DNA of 64,000 nt from an uncultured Erysipelotrichaceae bacterium (GCA_900314865.1 OMWW01000002.1:66136-130135), one strand, 5' to 3'; shown: positions 46,311 through 57,315, counted from the stretch's first letter. Translations and numbers: made by a program. Notes: generated by a model from the letters alone, not told the origin.

Positions 46311-48122
46311 GGGGCTGTTAAGAAACCTAAAAGGTGATTAAGCCCCTTTTAGTTTGCGCTTAAGACTTAACAGATAAACTGTTAAGAAACCTTTTTCTTC
46401 TTTCGGTGTTCTAATCTCAGCGACTCATTAATATCTTTTTTGCGTATCTTTTTCTTGAAAGTTTTTGCGTCAACAATTGGCAGTTCCTCATCTTTTAAAT
46501 CAGATGGAGCGATCCAATATTCAAATTTTGCTTTTCCATCATAGAACGTGAATAATTTTCTAAGGAGATGACCGATTAGAATTAGACAAATTTCAACATG
46601 CACCTTGTCTAATCCTCTTCTTCTGAAACGATCATATTGCATATCTTGTTTAACTATACCAAATACACCTTCGACCTGAGAGCTTCTATTAACTCTCATC
46701 TCTATTCCTTTGGCGGTTAATAGGTTTTCTCTTGCGACCGTTTTTCCTTTCCAAAATTCATATGAAACATCAAAACACCTAAATATCGCTTTTTTATCTT
46801 TAACGCCTTCTTTACAGACTTTTTGATATTTACACCTTTTACAATTTGCGATCACATATAAATATCCATGGCTCTTAGGATGGCGACCATTATACTCTGA
46901 ATATTTTGTAGCGGTTTTGCCGTTTAAACAAACAAGTTCCTCCTTATCATTAAATGAATATAAATCTATTGCGTTCCCTTTTCTTAATTGTTCCCAATCT
47001 TGAAATTTAACATAGTTGCCAATATTGTTTACAATCATGTAGACATAGTTTTTCCATGAACCATATCCTGCATCGGCACATAAGTTTTTGGGATAAAATC
47101 CATAATCTATATGAAATTGTTCAACAGTTGGTATAAAAGCGTAAAAATCTGTTCTTTCTTGCCCGACGTAATAAGTCAAAGCAATTCCTTTAGAAACAAT
47201 AATTTGTATATTGTATGCGGCATGCATATTGCTCCCTACTCCGGAATAAAAGTCTTCTTTTAATGTCATCGCGGTTGCATCCTTATCGGTTTTAAAATAG
47301 GAATTCCTATTTAGGCCACATATCTCTTCTTTTTCTTCATATTCAAGTAACTTAAGAAGATATTTTTCAAGTTGCTTATAATCCTTTTTGCCGTCTTTAT
47401 TTAAAGTGAAATCACCTAATTTTGTAATATATTCAGCAACTTCAATTGACTTCAAAAGTTCGATTTTGTTAATAGTGAAATACTTATTCAAAAGTGCTTT
47501 GATATTCTCATCTAACTTTTTATGAAATGTCGTGGGTTTCCAAACAAACTTATACTTATTTGCATTAGCCTCAATCTTGGTTCCATCAAGAAAACAATCA
47601 TCAACGTTTATTCCTGTTTCTTTAATGAATTGAGAGACTAAAAGCGAATATATTTTATGATGAAACTTAACAAATAAATTGTTAAGAAACTCTCCAATCT
47701 TTGCATATGAGGGATTTTCGTTATCCATTAAATACATAAATCTAACATCATATGTAAAACTATCTTCAATTTTCCTTAATGTTCCTGGATGTTTAGAAAA
47801 AGCATATATGGAAGCAGCAAATAAATTGTAATAGTTATATGGAGGTCTTCCTCCTTTGGAATAATCTTTATAACATTCTCGATGTATCAATTCTCCAACT
47901 CCAGAATTTTCAAGAAAAACTAAAAACTTATTCAATTTTTCTTCTTCCTTCTTGTTAAGTTGGTAGGAAGAAAACAAAAAAATTGTTTTATGGTAAAATA
48001 AGGCATATCAATACCTCCCTCGACAAGAGATATTGTAACAAAAGAGGCGATTTCTTACGATTTCACCTCTTTTTTGTAAACTAAAAGGGGCCTAGTCACC
48101 TTTTAGGTTTCTTAACAGCCCC
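46311..48122 (-). mobile_element. IS1182-family insertion sequence, 1812 bp.
   Basis: Perfect 26-bp terminal inverted repeats, GGGGCTGTTAAGAAACCTAAAAGGTG at 46311-46336 and its reverse complement at 48097-48122, flank a single transposase ORF. No obvious target-site duplication. Confidence 0.75.
46382..47977 (-). CDS. DDE transposase, IS1182 family (IS5 superfamily).
   Basis: N-terminal GGRPPYNYYNLF matches the IS1182 GRPxY motif. 531 aa with a C-terminal basic tail. Confidence 0.7.
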   Translation of the reverse strand: MFSSYQLNKKEEEKLNKFLVFLENSGVGELIHRECYKDYSKGGRPPYNYYNLFAASIYAFSKHPGTLRKIEDSFTYDVRFMYLMDNENPSYAKIGEFLNNLFVKFHHKIYSLLVSQFIKETGINVDDCFLDGTKIEANANKYKFVWKPTTFHKKLDENIKALLNKYFTINKIELLKSIEVAEYITKLGDFTLNKDGKKDYKQLEKYLLKLLEYEEKEEICGLNRNSYFKTDKDATAMTLKEDFYSGVGSNMHAAYNIQIIVSKGIALTYYVGQERTDFYAFIPTVEQFHIDYGFYPKNLCADAGYGSWKNYVYMIVNNIGNYVKFQDWEQLRKGNAIDLYSFNDKEELVCLNGKTATKYSEYNGRHPKSHGYLYVIANCKRCKYQKVCKEGVKDKKAIFRCFDVSYEFWKGKTVARENLLTAKGIEMRVNRSSQVEGVFGIVKQDMQYDRFRRRGLDKVHVEICLILIGHLLRKLFTFYDGKAKFEYWIAPSDLKDEELPIVDAKTFKKKIRKKDINESLRLEHRKKKKVS

Positions 48123-48246
48123 TTAATTTACATTGATCTTAGCCTTAATTCAGGCCTTGTCATATGTATCGACTAATTGTCGTGCTAGGAGAGTGACTTT
48201 TGTCTCATTGAAGAGAACGGGCTTCGTCCTGCGACAACATATTCAA

Positions 48247-48474
48247 TTAGTCAGCAACGTATGGGAGAAGAGCCATGAATCTTGCGTTTTTAATCGCAAC
48301 AGCTAATTCTCTTTGATGCTTTGCACATGTACCAGTGGTTCTACGTGGAGAAATCTTTCCATTAGAAGCAATAAACATTTTTAATGTTTCAACATCTTTA
48401 TAGTCGATGTGGGTAATGTTATTTTTCTTGAAGTAACAGACCTTCTTGTGTGGTCTAACTTTCTTAAATGCCAT
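48247..48474 (-). CDS. rpsR: 30S ribosomal protein S18.
   Basis: 75 aa, ...[34 protein letters not shown]. Confidence 0.95.
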   Translation of the reverse strand: MAFKKVRPHKKVCYFKKNNITHIDYKDVETLKMFIASNGKISPRRTTGTCAKHQRELAVAIKNARFMALLPYVAD

Positions 48475-48491
48475 TTTTTAAATCTTCCTTT

Positions 48492-48929
48492 CTAGAATGG
48501 GAGATCGTCATCAGTGAGCTCAATGCCCTCTAAGTTTTTATTATCTTCGTTTACGACTTGGTTCATATCATCATAAGGTGGGATGTCCATTTCTTCGTTT
48601 GGAACTTCCTCTCTTCTTTCTAAGAATTGAACTGAGTCACAAATGATTTCAATAACGCTTCCTTTGGAACCATCTTGTCTAATAAAACTTCTTTGGTTTA
48701 GACGACCTTCGACTCCTACTAATAAACCTTTTCTGGCGTATTTTGAGACTGTGTCCGCTCCTTGGGCAAATACTGTACAAGGAATAAAACTTGTACCTTT
48801 AGAGCCATCAGGATTCTTCATTCTGTTATCAACTGCTACAGTGAAGGAACAAACAGAATTGCCAGAGTTGGTTCTTCTTAATTCTGGATCACGGGTTAAT
48901 CTACCGACCAAAACTACACGATTAATCAT
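48492..48929 (-). CDS. ssb: Single-stranded DNA-binding protein.
   Basis: MINRVVLVGRLTRDPELR... OB fold with an acidic C-terminal DDLPF tail. Confidence 0.95.
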   Translation of the reverse strand: MINRVVLVGRLTRDPELRRTNSGNSVCSFTVAVDNRMKNPDGSKGTSFIPCTVFAQGADTVSKYARKGLLVGVEGRLNQRSFIRQDGSKGSVIEIICDSVQFLERREEVPNEEMDIPPYDDMNQVVNEDNKNLEGIELTDDDLPF

Positions 48930-48942
48930 AAATGATTACCTC

Positions 48943-49233
48943 CTATTTGTGTTCTACAACAATTAAATGACGTAAGACACTTTGGTTATGACGGACCTTA
49001 CGATTGAATTCACTAATCGCTTGGTTGCCCATGGTAACCTTGAGTACAACATAGTAGCCTTTGGTTTGATCCTTGATAGGATATGCGAGTTCACGTAATC
49101 CCATGGATTCATCAGTCTTTTCAACTTTGCCACCGTTATCGTGAATGATACCGGCAAGCTTGTCCATGACTGCTTTACGTGTTTCTTCGTCTAAATCGGC
49201 TTTCAAAATGTACATAATTTCGTAATTGCGCAT
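48943..49233 (-). CDS. rpsF: 30S ribosomal protein S6.
   Basis: MRNYEIMYILKADLDEE..., within the rpsF-ssb-rpsR operon. Confidence 0.95.
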   Translation of the reverse strand: MRNYEIMYILKADLDEETRKAVMDKLAGIIHDNGGKVEKTDESMGLRELAYPIKDQTKGYYVVLKVTMGNQAISEFNRKVRHNQSVLRHLIVVEHK

Positions 49234-49475
49234 TTCTTTTACCTCCTCTTTGGTCTAATGGCTGTTATCATAGTAACAGCAGAGTTCGCTAAGTTTTTAG
49301 CAATATGTATTATACATATCGACCATAATGTTGTAAAGAAGTACTTACGTCTATATTTCAAGTAGATAATGGCGAACTACTTGTTAGCAATTTACGAGGC
49401 TTATAAAAATAACCCTCACAAATATATAAGGGGCGTTTTTCATTTTTTTTGGTAAAAATTTTTGTTTTTTGTTCT

Positions 49476-49504
49476 GTAAAAGAAAAAAGACCATAAGGTC
49501 TTAA
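49476..49504 (-). terminator. Intrinsic terminator of the MscS gene.
   Basis: The minus-strand RNA reads AAGACCUUAUGGUCUU followed by UUUUCUUUU. Confidence 0.55.
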
Positions 49505-50394
49505 TTTTCTAAATTTTTCACTCTTATATCTGTACTTGAAGCGAGTTGAATTCCGCTATTTCTACAAGCGAGAATGATTTTTTCACCTAAGTCATTATAA
49601 ACTGGCCAGTAATCATCGAAGCTAGTCCAGCATCGCATACGCATTTGAATTGCGAAACTATCAAGTTGATTAACAAAGACATCAATGACTTCATCTTTAA
49701 GCACTCTTTCGTCTTCAGTTAAAACTTTGAGTAATGCTTCCTTAGCAACAGCGAGATCACTATGATAATCGATACCGAAATCGTAATCGATTCTTCTTTT
49801 TCCTAAACGAGAATAGTTAGTGATAACTGCACTAGTCATGTTCTTGTTTGGAATAGTAACAACTTGACCTTGTGGAGTAATGAGATGTGTGAAGAAAAGA
49901 TGGATATTTTTTACAGTACCTTCACAACTTCCAAAGGCATTAGTGACTTTGATATATTCTCCAGCCAAAATGTTTTTTTGGTGAAGAATGAGAACACCAG
50001 AGAATAAAGATCCTATAAGATCTTGTAACGCTAAACCGAGAGCGACCGCAATAGCACTTGTAATACCAGCAATCGCACTTAAGTCAATCTTTAAGATGCT
50101 ACAAATTATAAAGGCTGAAGCAATCCATAATGCACTCTTAATAACAGTGATGATGAAATATTTCGCAGAGATGTCGATATCAGGTCCACGCTTCTTTAAG
50201 CCCATTGCCTTTCTTAATATCCAACCAACCAATCTGATTACAAAATAAGAAACAAAGACAAACAAAACCGCGAAAACGATACGTGTTAAGTAAGAAATAC
50301 CTGCTCCATCAGGGGTAAGGAAAAAGTTTCCAACTCTAGTCCAGAAATCAGTCCATCCATTTAAAGTAAGAATTTGACCACCATTAACTGCCAT
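49501..50394 (-). CDS. Small-conductance mechanosensitive channel (MscS family).
   Basis: Three TM helices plus the conserved MscS beta-domain (VTNAFGSCEGTVKNIHLFFTHLITPQGQVVTIPN). Confidence 0.75.
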   Translation of the reverse strand: MAVNGGQILTLNGWTDFWTRVGNFFLTPDGAGISYLTRIVFAVLFVFVSYFVIRLVGWILRKAMGLKKRGPDIDISAKYFIITVIKSALWIASAFIICSILKIDLSAIAGITSAIAVALGLALQDLIGSLFSGVLILHQKNILAGEYIKVTNAFGSCEGTVKNIHLFFTHLITPQGQVVTIPNKNMTSAVITNYSRLGKRRIDYDFGIDYHSDLAVAKEALLKVLTEDERVLKDEVIDVFVNQLDSFAIQMRMRCWTSFDDYWPVYNDLGEKIILACRNSGIQLASSTDIRVKNLEN

Positions 50395-50473
50395 ATTTAG
50401 TATTATAACAAAAGCAAAGAAGATATCTAATTGTAAATTGTTTGCACTATAATTATTAATGAGGTTTAACTAA

Positions 50474-51781
50474 ATGAATGTAACAAAGTTAGGTTTAAGA
50501 AAATGGCTTTCTTTTATCTTGGCAGGTCTCATTGGTCAACTTGCATGGGCCATTGAAAACAATTATCTGAATGTTTTCGTTTTTGATTGTACAGGTGATA
50601 CAAGATTTATTACCTATATGACCGCTTTTAGTGCGGTAGCCGCTACTATAACAACTCTATTTATGGGAGCGCTAAGCGATCGATTAGGCAAAAGGAAACT
50701 ATTTGTTTCATCCGGATATATTATTTGGGGTATTTCAATCATCCTATTTGCGTTTTTAGATCCACGAAAACCATATAGCTTTGTTGCCCATTCCGCTTTA
50801 GCAAGTGGAACAATGATTGTTGTCATGGACTGTGTCATGACTTTCTTTGGTAGCACAGCAAATGACGCTGCATTTAACGCTTTTGTTACCGATAATACAA
50901 ACTCTTCTAATAGAGGAAAGGTTGAAAGTGTTCTTTCTATTCTTCCACTTGTGGCAATGATAGCGGTCGTCCTACTTCAAGGGATTTTAGTAGGTGATAG
51001 AACGAAAGTTGCAGAATGTAATTGGATGCCATTCTTTGCAATCTTTGGTGGTATAACTACCGCTAGTGGTATTGCCCTTATCTTTATCCTTCCTAAAGAT
51101 GTTAAAGCACCTAATAGAGAAGAACCATATTTAAGAAACATTGTTCATGGTTTTAGACCTAGTGTTATTAAAAGTAGACCCAAATTATATTTAGCTTTGT
51201 TATCATTCATGATTTTCAGCATTGCCATTCAAATATTCATGCCTTATTTCATGGTTTATATAAATATCAATAAATTTGAATTAGTATCCACGGCTGGTCC
51301 AATTTTAGGAGCAGCATGTGTTTTAACAGTTTTATTTGGATTCTTCATGGATAGAATTGGTAAATATAAGCTTGCTTATTCCGCGATTGCGGCATCTGTT
51401 ATTGGTGGATTGTTGCTCTTCTTCTTTAAAGACCAAGTTGGAGTCATTATTGGCGGTATCGTTTTAATGACTGGATACTTAGTCGCTACAGCAGTATTAG
51501 GTGCAAAAATTAGAGACTACACTCCTGAAAATGAAACAGGATTATTTCAAGGTGTCAGAATGGTGTTTGTAGTTATGATACCGATGGTAACTGGCCCATT
51601 TATTGGACAAGGTGTATCAAATATTAACCCAGTAATTGGTTTAAATGATTATCAAGAATTGGTGGTTCTTCCAAATGAATATATTTTCTTATTTGCAGCG
51701 ATTGCAATAGTCTTTGCGGTTATACCACTATTATTCTTAATGAAGAAAGAAAAAGAAGATGGAAAAGTTACCGCTGAGTGA
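50474..51781 (+). CDS. MFS transporter, probably for glycosides.
   Basis: 12 TM helices with the GALSDRLGKRK motif. Confidence 0.75.
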   Translation: MNVTKLGLRKWLSFILAGLIGQLAWAIENNYLNVFVFDCTGDTRFITYMTAFSAVAATITTLFMGALSDRLGKRKLFVSSGYIIWGISIILFAFLDPRKPYSFVAHSALASGTMIVVMDCVMTFFGSTANDAAFNAFVTDNTNSSNRGKVESVLSILPLVAMIAVVLLQGILVGDRTKVAECNWMPFFAIFGGITTASGIALIFILPKDVKAPNREEPYLRNIVHGFRPSVIKSRPKLYLALLSFMIFSIAIQIFMPYFMVYININKFELVSTAGPILGAACVLTVLFGFFMDRIGKYKLAYSAIAASVIGGLLLFFFKDQVGVIIGGIVLMTGYLVATAVLGAKIRDYTPENETGLFQGVRMVFVVMIPMVTGPFIGQGVSNINPVIGLNDYQELVVLPNEYIFLFAAIAIVFAVIPLLFLMKKEKEDGKVTAE

Positions 51782-53441
51782 ATATCCTAGACCTCAACTA
51801 TATCGTGATTCATATAAATCACTTAATGGTTATTGGGATTATAAAATAAGTAAAGATAGCGAACTTCCTACAAGTTATGATGGAAAAATACTTGTTCCTT
51901 TTTCTCCTGAAAGTCCATTGAGTGGAGTTAATCATATTCTTCAACCAGATGAATATCTTTTCTATCATTTAGAATTTTCTCTAAGTGATTTTGTAGTCCT
52001 AGATAAACTACTTCTTCACTTTTTGGCGGTAGATCAAATCGCAGAAGTATATATTAATGGTCATTTTCTAGGAAAACATATAGGTGGATTCTTACCATTT
52101 AGTTTCGATATTAGGCCATATATTAACGCTGATAAGAACGACCTAGTGGTTAAGGTAATCGATTTAACTGATACAAGTTATCATTCAAGAGGAAAACAAA
52201 AACTTGAACATGGAGGAATATGGTACACTCCTCAAAGTGGTATATATTTCCCTGCTTTTCTAGAAAGCGTATCTTTTGACTATATTGAAAGTATCAAAAT
52301 AACTCCTGATATCGATAAGAAAGAAGTTGTTTTAAATATTAAAAGCTCCTCCAAGATTGCTAATATACATATTTTTGGAATGGATCGTCCAATAGACACA
52401 AATAAAGATATCCATTTAAAAGTAAAAGATATACATTTATGGTCACCTGAAGATCCTTATTTATATTTCTTTAAAGTGTGGACTGATAATGATGAAGTTA
52501 GTTCATATTTCGCAATGCGTAAATTCTCCTTGGTTGTTGATGACAAAGGAATTATTAGATTGGGTTTAAATAACAAACCTTATTTTATGAAAGGCGTATT
52601 AGACCAAGGTTATTATAAAGATGGACTCCTTACCCCACCTAGTTATGAAAACTATATTAACGATATTAAATTAATAAAAGCACTAGGCTTTAACACGGTT
52701 AGAAAACATATCAAGATCGAAATCCCAAGATGGTATTTTGAATGTGATAAAGAAGGCCTAATTGTCTGGCAAGACTTTGTAAATGGAGGAGAAGAATATA
52801 AATTTTCCACCATTGCTTTCCCTTTAATCACAAATAGACATAAAAACGACCGTAATTATCAAAGGTTTAGTAGGTTAGTTATAGATGGTAGAAAAGAATC
52901 TCTAGATGAGTATAAAGAAACAATAAAATATTTGTATAATGTACCATCAATTGGACTATGGACAATCTTTAACGAAGGGTGGGGACAATTTGACTCAAAA
53001 GACATTTATAATGAACTAATTGGACTTGATCCAACAAGACTATATGACCACGCATCAGGATGGCATGATCAAGGAATAAGTGATGTAAAATCATATCACG
53101 TCTATTTTAAGCATTTTAAGCTAAAAAATACGTCAAAAGTCGGTCAAAGAGCAGTAGTTTTATCAGAATTTGGTGGTTTTGTTTATCCAATCGATGGCCA
53201 TAAAATAGAAGGAAAAAAGACTTATCGAAGCTATAAAACATTAAGGTCATGGTTCAAGAAATTTATTTCCACTATAAATAAAGATGTTATAGCAAATATA
53301 CCTAATGGATTGAGCGCAATGATATACACTCAACTATCAGATGTAGAAGAAGAATTAAATGGCTTTATAACATATGATAGAGAAGTTATTAAATTAGAAA
53401 CAAAAGAGGTTAAAAAAATACTTGATAAAGTTCATTATTAA
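51759..53441 (+). CDS. Glycoside hydrolase family 2-like (beta-galactosidase/beta-glucuronidase-type) protein.
   Basis: N-terminal SEYPRPQLYRDSYKSLNGYWDY, the GH2 sugar-binding domain signature. It overlaps the MFS gene. Confidence 0.6.
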   Translation: MEKLPLSEYPRPQLYRDSYKSLNGYWDYKISKDSELPTSYDGKILVPFSPESPLSGVNHILQPDEYLFYHLEFSLSDFVVLDKLLLHFLAVDQIAEVYINGHFLGKHIGGFLPFSFDIRPYINADKNDLVVKVIDLTDTSYHSRGKQKLEHGGIWYTPQSGIYFPAFLESVSFDYIESIKITPDIDKKEVVLNIKSSSKIANIHIFGMDRPIDTNKDIHLKVKDIHLWSPEDPYLYFFKVWTDNDEVSSYFAMRKFSLVVDDKGIIRLGLNNKPYFMKGVLDQGYYKDGLLTPPSYENYINDIKLIKALGFNTVRKHIKIEIPRWYFECDKEGLIVWQDFVNGGEEYKFSTIAFPLITNRHKNDRNYQRFSRLVIDGRKESLDEYKETIKYLYNVPSIGLWTIFNEGWGQFDSKDIYNELIGLDPTRLYDHASGWHDQGISDVKSYHVYFKHFKLKNTSKVGQRAVVLSEFGGFVYPIDGHKIEGKKTYRSYKTLRSWFKKFISTINKDVIANIPNGLSAMIYTQLSDVEEELNGFITYDREVIKLETKEVKKILDKVHY

Positions 53442-53487
53442 AACAAATTAAAACTGACACTTTCGAATGATTGTGTCAGTTTTTGTT

Positions 53488-54660
53488 TTATAGTTGTTTG
53501 ATAATTTTTGGTCCGTCTTCTCTTATGAAGATTTCCTTAACATTGTCTTTTCCGTATTTCTTACTTAGAGCGGTTAATACTGTTTTAAGGTTTTTGGTTG
53601 GAACGAAGGCAATAACACTACCAGCAAATCCGCCACCATTAATTTTACATGCACCTTCTTTATTGGTGGCTTCCATGATTAAATCGCAAGCTTCAAGTGG
53701 ACTACCTTCATATTTTTTGTCTACCATCATGTTCTTTAAGTTTATAGTTGAACTAATTCTTGATTCGTTAATTTGTTTTAAGAAAGAGACTTCATCATTT
53801 TCTTTTAAAGCCTTAATAGCAAGCTCGACTCTCTCATTTTCAGTATAGAAATGCTTGGCTCTTAAATATTCATTCTCTGGTAAAAGATGTTTAACTTCTT
53901 CTAATTTAGCTAGTGTCGCATCAGCAAGGAAATGAACTCTCATTTGGTTTGCTGCAGCGTACATATCGACGGGAATTGATGAATATAAATCGCTTAAGGA
54001 TGAGTGGTCACCACCAGTATTCACTAATACGAAATGTAAATCGGTAAATGGATATTCGACTTGTTCAACAACAGGGTTATCAATATTCTTGAAATCAATC
54101 TTAACAATGCCGCCATAAGCAACACCAATTTGATCTAACAATCCACTCTTCTTGCCAAAGTATTCATTTTCAGCAAATTGACCGGCTTTACAAAGAGTAA
54201 GTTTATCAATTTTTCCATCGTTATAAAGAATGTTAAAAATGAAACCGACTAATAATTCAAAAGCGGCAGAACTTGAAACACCAGCACCTTTAAAAATAGT
54301 AGAGGTTGTATAAGCATTAAACCCACCAATCTTATAACCGTGTGAAGATAAATACTTTGCAACACCTCTAATTAATCCGGCAGAGGTTTCTTTTTCGTTT
54401 GGTTGAATGGATAAGTCATTAAGTTCAACTTCATCGGCTTGGAAGCCTAAAGATTTAAGATTAACCAAGTTATTTTTGTTTGGTTTAATGGTAGCAACAA
54501 TTTGTAAATCACACGCACTAGCGATACATAAACCATGGTTATGATCAGTGTGGTTTCCTAAAATTTCAAAGCGGCCACCACAGCTAACAACCAAATCGGG
54601 TTTTTCTTCATGATATACTTCGTGTAAGTGTATTAAATTCTTAAGATCTAAATCATTCAT
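53488..54660 (-). CDS. galK: Galactokinase.
   Basis: GGRFEILGNHTDHNHG is the galactokinase signature. GHMP kinase motif GAGVSSSAAFE. Confidence 0.85.
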   Translation of the reverse strand: MNDLDLKNLIHLHEVYHEEKPDLVVSCGGRFEILGNHTDHNHGLCIASACDLQIVATIKPNKNNLVNLKSLGFQADEVELNDLSIQPNEKETSAGLIRGVAKYLSSHGYKIGGFNAYTTSTIFKGAGVSSSAAFELLVGFIFNILYNDGKIDKLTLCKAGQFAENEYFGKKSGLLDQIGVAYGGIVKIDFKNIDNPVVEQVEYPFTDLHFVLVNTGGDHSSLSDLYSSIPVDMYAAANQMRVHFLADATLAKLEEVKHLLPENEYLRAKHFYTENERVELAIKALKENDEVSFLKQINESRISSTINLKNMMVDKKYEGSPLEACDLIMEATNKEGACKINGGGFAGSVIAFVPTKNLKTVLTALSKKYGKDNVKEIFIREDGPKIIKQL

Positions 54661-54698
54661 AATTCTTTATTCCTACAATAAATAAAGCAAATTCGATT

Positions 54699-55262
54699 TT
54701 ACTTCATTAATTTTTTGCCATCAGAAAAGGCTTGTCCAACTTTCTCTTTGACAACATAATAACCGTGATTGAATGGATCATACGCAATGATGTTAAGTTT
54801 TGAAACATCAACCTTACCATTCTCATCCAAATATTTTTCATCAACAGTTAAACGAATGATATCGGCGATAACACCATAATCTTCTGGATTAATTTCACTA
54901 GCGCGACATTCCATACAAATAGCAAAGTCATCTAAAATAGGAGCGTCAATAATATCAGATTTATGAGCTTTTAAGCCTGTTCTTTCAAACTTGTCTTTAA
55001 CTTTGTTCCCAGAGACCATACCAACATAATCAGCCTCTTTGATGTGAGAGGCATCCGCAACTGTAACAGTGAAGCATCCTGTTCTTCTAATGTTTTTTGT
55101 TGTTTTATGTTCTTCAGAGATATTCAACTTTAATTGTTTATAGTCATAAGCACAGCCCCACGCTGCATTCATAACATCAATTGAACCATCCTCGTTATAT
55201 GTCGCAATAAGAATTACTGGCATTGGAAACAAGCCAGGAACGATAGGTAATTCTTTTCTCAT
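54699..55262 (-). CDS. Flavin reductase-like FMN-binding split-barrel protein.
   Basis: PMPVILIATYNEDGSIDVMNAAW matches the Flavin_Reduct family pattern. Confidence 0.65.
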   Translation of the reverse strand: MRKELPIVPGLFPMPVILIATYNEDGSIDVMNAAWGCAYDYKQLKLNISEEHKTTKNIRRTGCFTVTVADASHIKEADYVGMVSGNKVKDKFERTGLKAHKSDIIDAPILDDFAICMECRASEINPEDYGVIADIIRLTVDEKYLDENGKVDVSKLNIIAYDPFNHGYYVVKEKVGQAFSDGKKLMK

Positions 55263-56419
55263 AATAAGTTCTCCTTCTTTAAAAAAACTAAAAGTAAGTC
55301 ACAAAATTTCTTTATATTTTCTCTATTAGTAGCAATGTTCAAACGAATAAAACTAGAGTAATGTTCATGGTATATTTTACCACTACAAACAAGTATTCTT
55401 CCCTTCTTCAAAAGCAAGTTAGTGAATGCCTCTGAATCATGGGAATATTGCGAGATATCTATCCATAATAAATACGTAGCAGAACTATCAATAATTTTCA
55501 TTTTTATGCCATTTTTGACGAAAAAATCATTCAAAAACGCTTTGTTTTCACTTATATAGTTGTTTAATTCATTCACATATTCTTCGCACTTATTGTAGGC
55601 CGCTATTACTGGTCTAATTGAGAAGAAAGTTGGTTCACCTACATCGTCTTCCTCAAGACCTTTTTTTATCATATTTCTAAGTGATTCATTTGGTATAACA
55701 ACAACCGAAGAATGTAGGCCGGCAAGATTAAATGTTTTCCCAGGAGAAAGCATTACTATGAGCTTATCAAAATTGGAGGTTTTTAAAACCGGTACATACC
55801 TATGTTTGTTATAGTCAAGATCAGAATGAATTTCATCACTTATAAAGTAGACGTCGTATTTTTTACATAATCCAACAAGACGAATAATTTCTTCTTCACT
55901 AAATTGTTTTCCGATTGGATTATGAGGATTGCAGAAAATAAAAATCTTTGATTTTGAAATTATCTCTTCTGTTATTTTCCAATCGATTGAGTACTTATAA
56001 TCTTTATAGATAAAAGGAATCTCTAAAATCTTTCTATGATTATTGATAATGCAGTTATAGAACACATTATAGTTAGGCGAGAATAAAGAGATTGAATCGT
56101 TAATATTGCTCACTCTTTTTATTGCTGAATCAATAGATGCTACTATCGAAGTAGAAAACATAAACCATTCAAGTTTAAGTTCGGTGTTATATCTATGCTT
56201 CCACCAGTAAATATAAGCTTCATAATATTCATCAGAAACAAAAGTATAGCCATATGTAGGAATATCAGCCTGCTCTTTAATTGCTTCTTTAATTTCATTA
56301 GCGACATCAAAATCCATATCAGCAATTGAATATGAATATTCATCATCTTTGATATTCCATTTATAAGAATTGATGTGTCGTCTATTTATGAATTTGTCGA
56401 AGTTATATTTATTTCCCAT
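55259..56419 (-). CDS. PLP-dependent class I/II aminotransferase / C-S lyase (MalY/PatB-like).
   Basis: 386 aa starting MGNKYNFDKFINRRHINSYKWNI..., the typical PatB-type N-terminus. Confidence 0.7.
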   Translation of the reverse strand: MGNKYNFDKFINRRHINSYKWNIKDDEYSYSIADMDFDVANEIKEAIKEQADIPTYGYTFVSDEYYEAYIYWWKHRYNTELKLEWFMFSTSIVASIDSAIKRVSNINDSISLFSPNYNVFYNCIINNHRKILEIPFIYKDYKYSIDWKITEEIISKSKIFIFCNPHNPIGKQFSEEEIIRLVGLCKKYDVYFISDEIHSDLDYNKHRYVPVLKTSNFDKLIVMLSPGKTFNLAGLHSSVVVIPNESLRNMIKKGLEEDDVGEPTFFSIRPVIAAYNKCEEYVNELNNYISENKAFLNDFFVKNGIKMKIIDSSATYLLWIDISQYSHDSEAFTNLLLKKGRILVCSGKIYHEHYSSFIRLNIATNRENIKKFCDLLLVFLKKENLL

Positions 56420-57254
56420 AAATTTCTATTGTGATTAGGTTTCTATTTACGAATTCATCATCAAGGATTAATTCTTTAACACCTTTGACTCTAATCTTTC
56501 CTGAAGTTGGGTTCTTAATAGAATCAACAACATTAATAATGTCTGCATCTATATCTTTACAGAACTCAAAACACAAATCAGTATCAATTAGTTCACAGTT
56601 TACTAATTTAACGTTTTCCATATAGCAAAGACCTTGATGAGAAGTGATTTTACAGTTGATAAATGTTACATTCTTACTGTTCCACGCTAAATACTCACCT
56701 TTAATGGTAGAGTTAATGATTGTGACGTTTTCAGAGTTCCAAAAGCTATCTTTGCTGTTTAGAACTGAATCATGGATAATGATATTTTTACCACCATCAA
56801 AGCAATAATTACCATCTAAGTGTAATCCACTTATTTCAATATCTTCAGAATTAAGTCCAAAGTAATCCCCTTTAGCGTTAACCCCTTTAATATTTATCTT
56901 TTTACATTTCCAGAACGTTTCTGAGGCATTAGGAAGATTAACGTTCACTATTTTGATATTGCTGCTACGTCTAAATGTTTTAGGAGCGTCAATTAAAGAA
57001 TCAATTATTTCAATATTATTTGTATACCAAATTCCACTTCTAGCGGTTTCTAAAAAATGAGATTGAATAACCTTAACATCATTGCAATACCATAAAGGAT
57101 ATTTCCACCTAAATTCTGAGAAAGTGATAAGCAGTTTGCTACTTTCCTTTAAAGGAGATTCACCATCTTCAAAAACACAATGATCAAATTGTTTATCATT
57201 GCTATGAAAACAAGCACGTTCTCCAGTAAAAATACGATTATTAAAATAATTCAT
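56409..57254 (-). CDS. Right-handed beta-helix repeat protein (DUF3737-like).
   Basis: Repetitive N.N..I.NS.I / VNC beta-helix rungs. 281 aa. Confidence 0.45.
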   Translation of the reverse strand: MNYFNNRIFTGERACFHSNDKQFDHCVFEDGESPLKESSKLLITFSEFRWKYPLWYCNDVKVIQSHFLETARSGIWYTNNIEIIDSLIDAPKTFRRSSNIKIVNVNLPNASETFWKCKKINIKGVNAKGDYFGLNSEDIEISGLHLDGNYCFDGGKNIIIHDSVLNSKDSFWNSENVTIINSTIKGEYLAWNSKNVTFINCKITSHQGLCYMENVKLVNCELIDTDLCFEFCKDIDADIINVVDSIKNPTSGKIRVKGVKELILDDEFVNRNLITIEIYGK

Positions 57255-57315
57255 GATAATGATATTATCATTATTTATTTATGGTATCAAGAAAAGTAAA
57301 AGAAAATCCTTATTT

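Noticed and set aside
48123-48246. Possible structured RNA downstream of rpsR (TTGTCGCAGGACG...CACGACAA).
   Set aside because: It is only an imperfect long stem with no recognisable family features. It is most simply the operon terminator region disturbed by the IS insertion.
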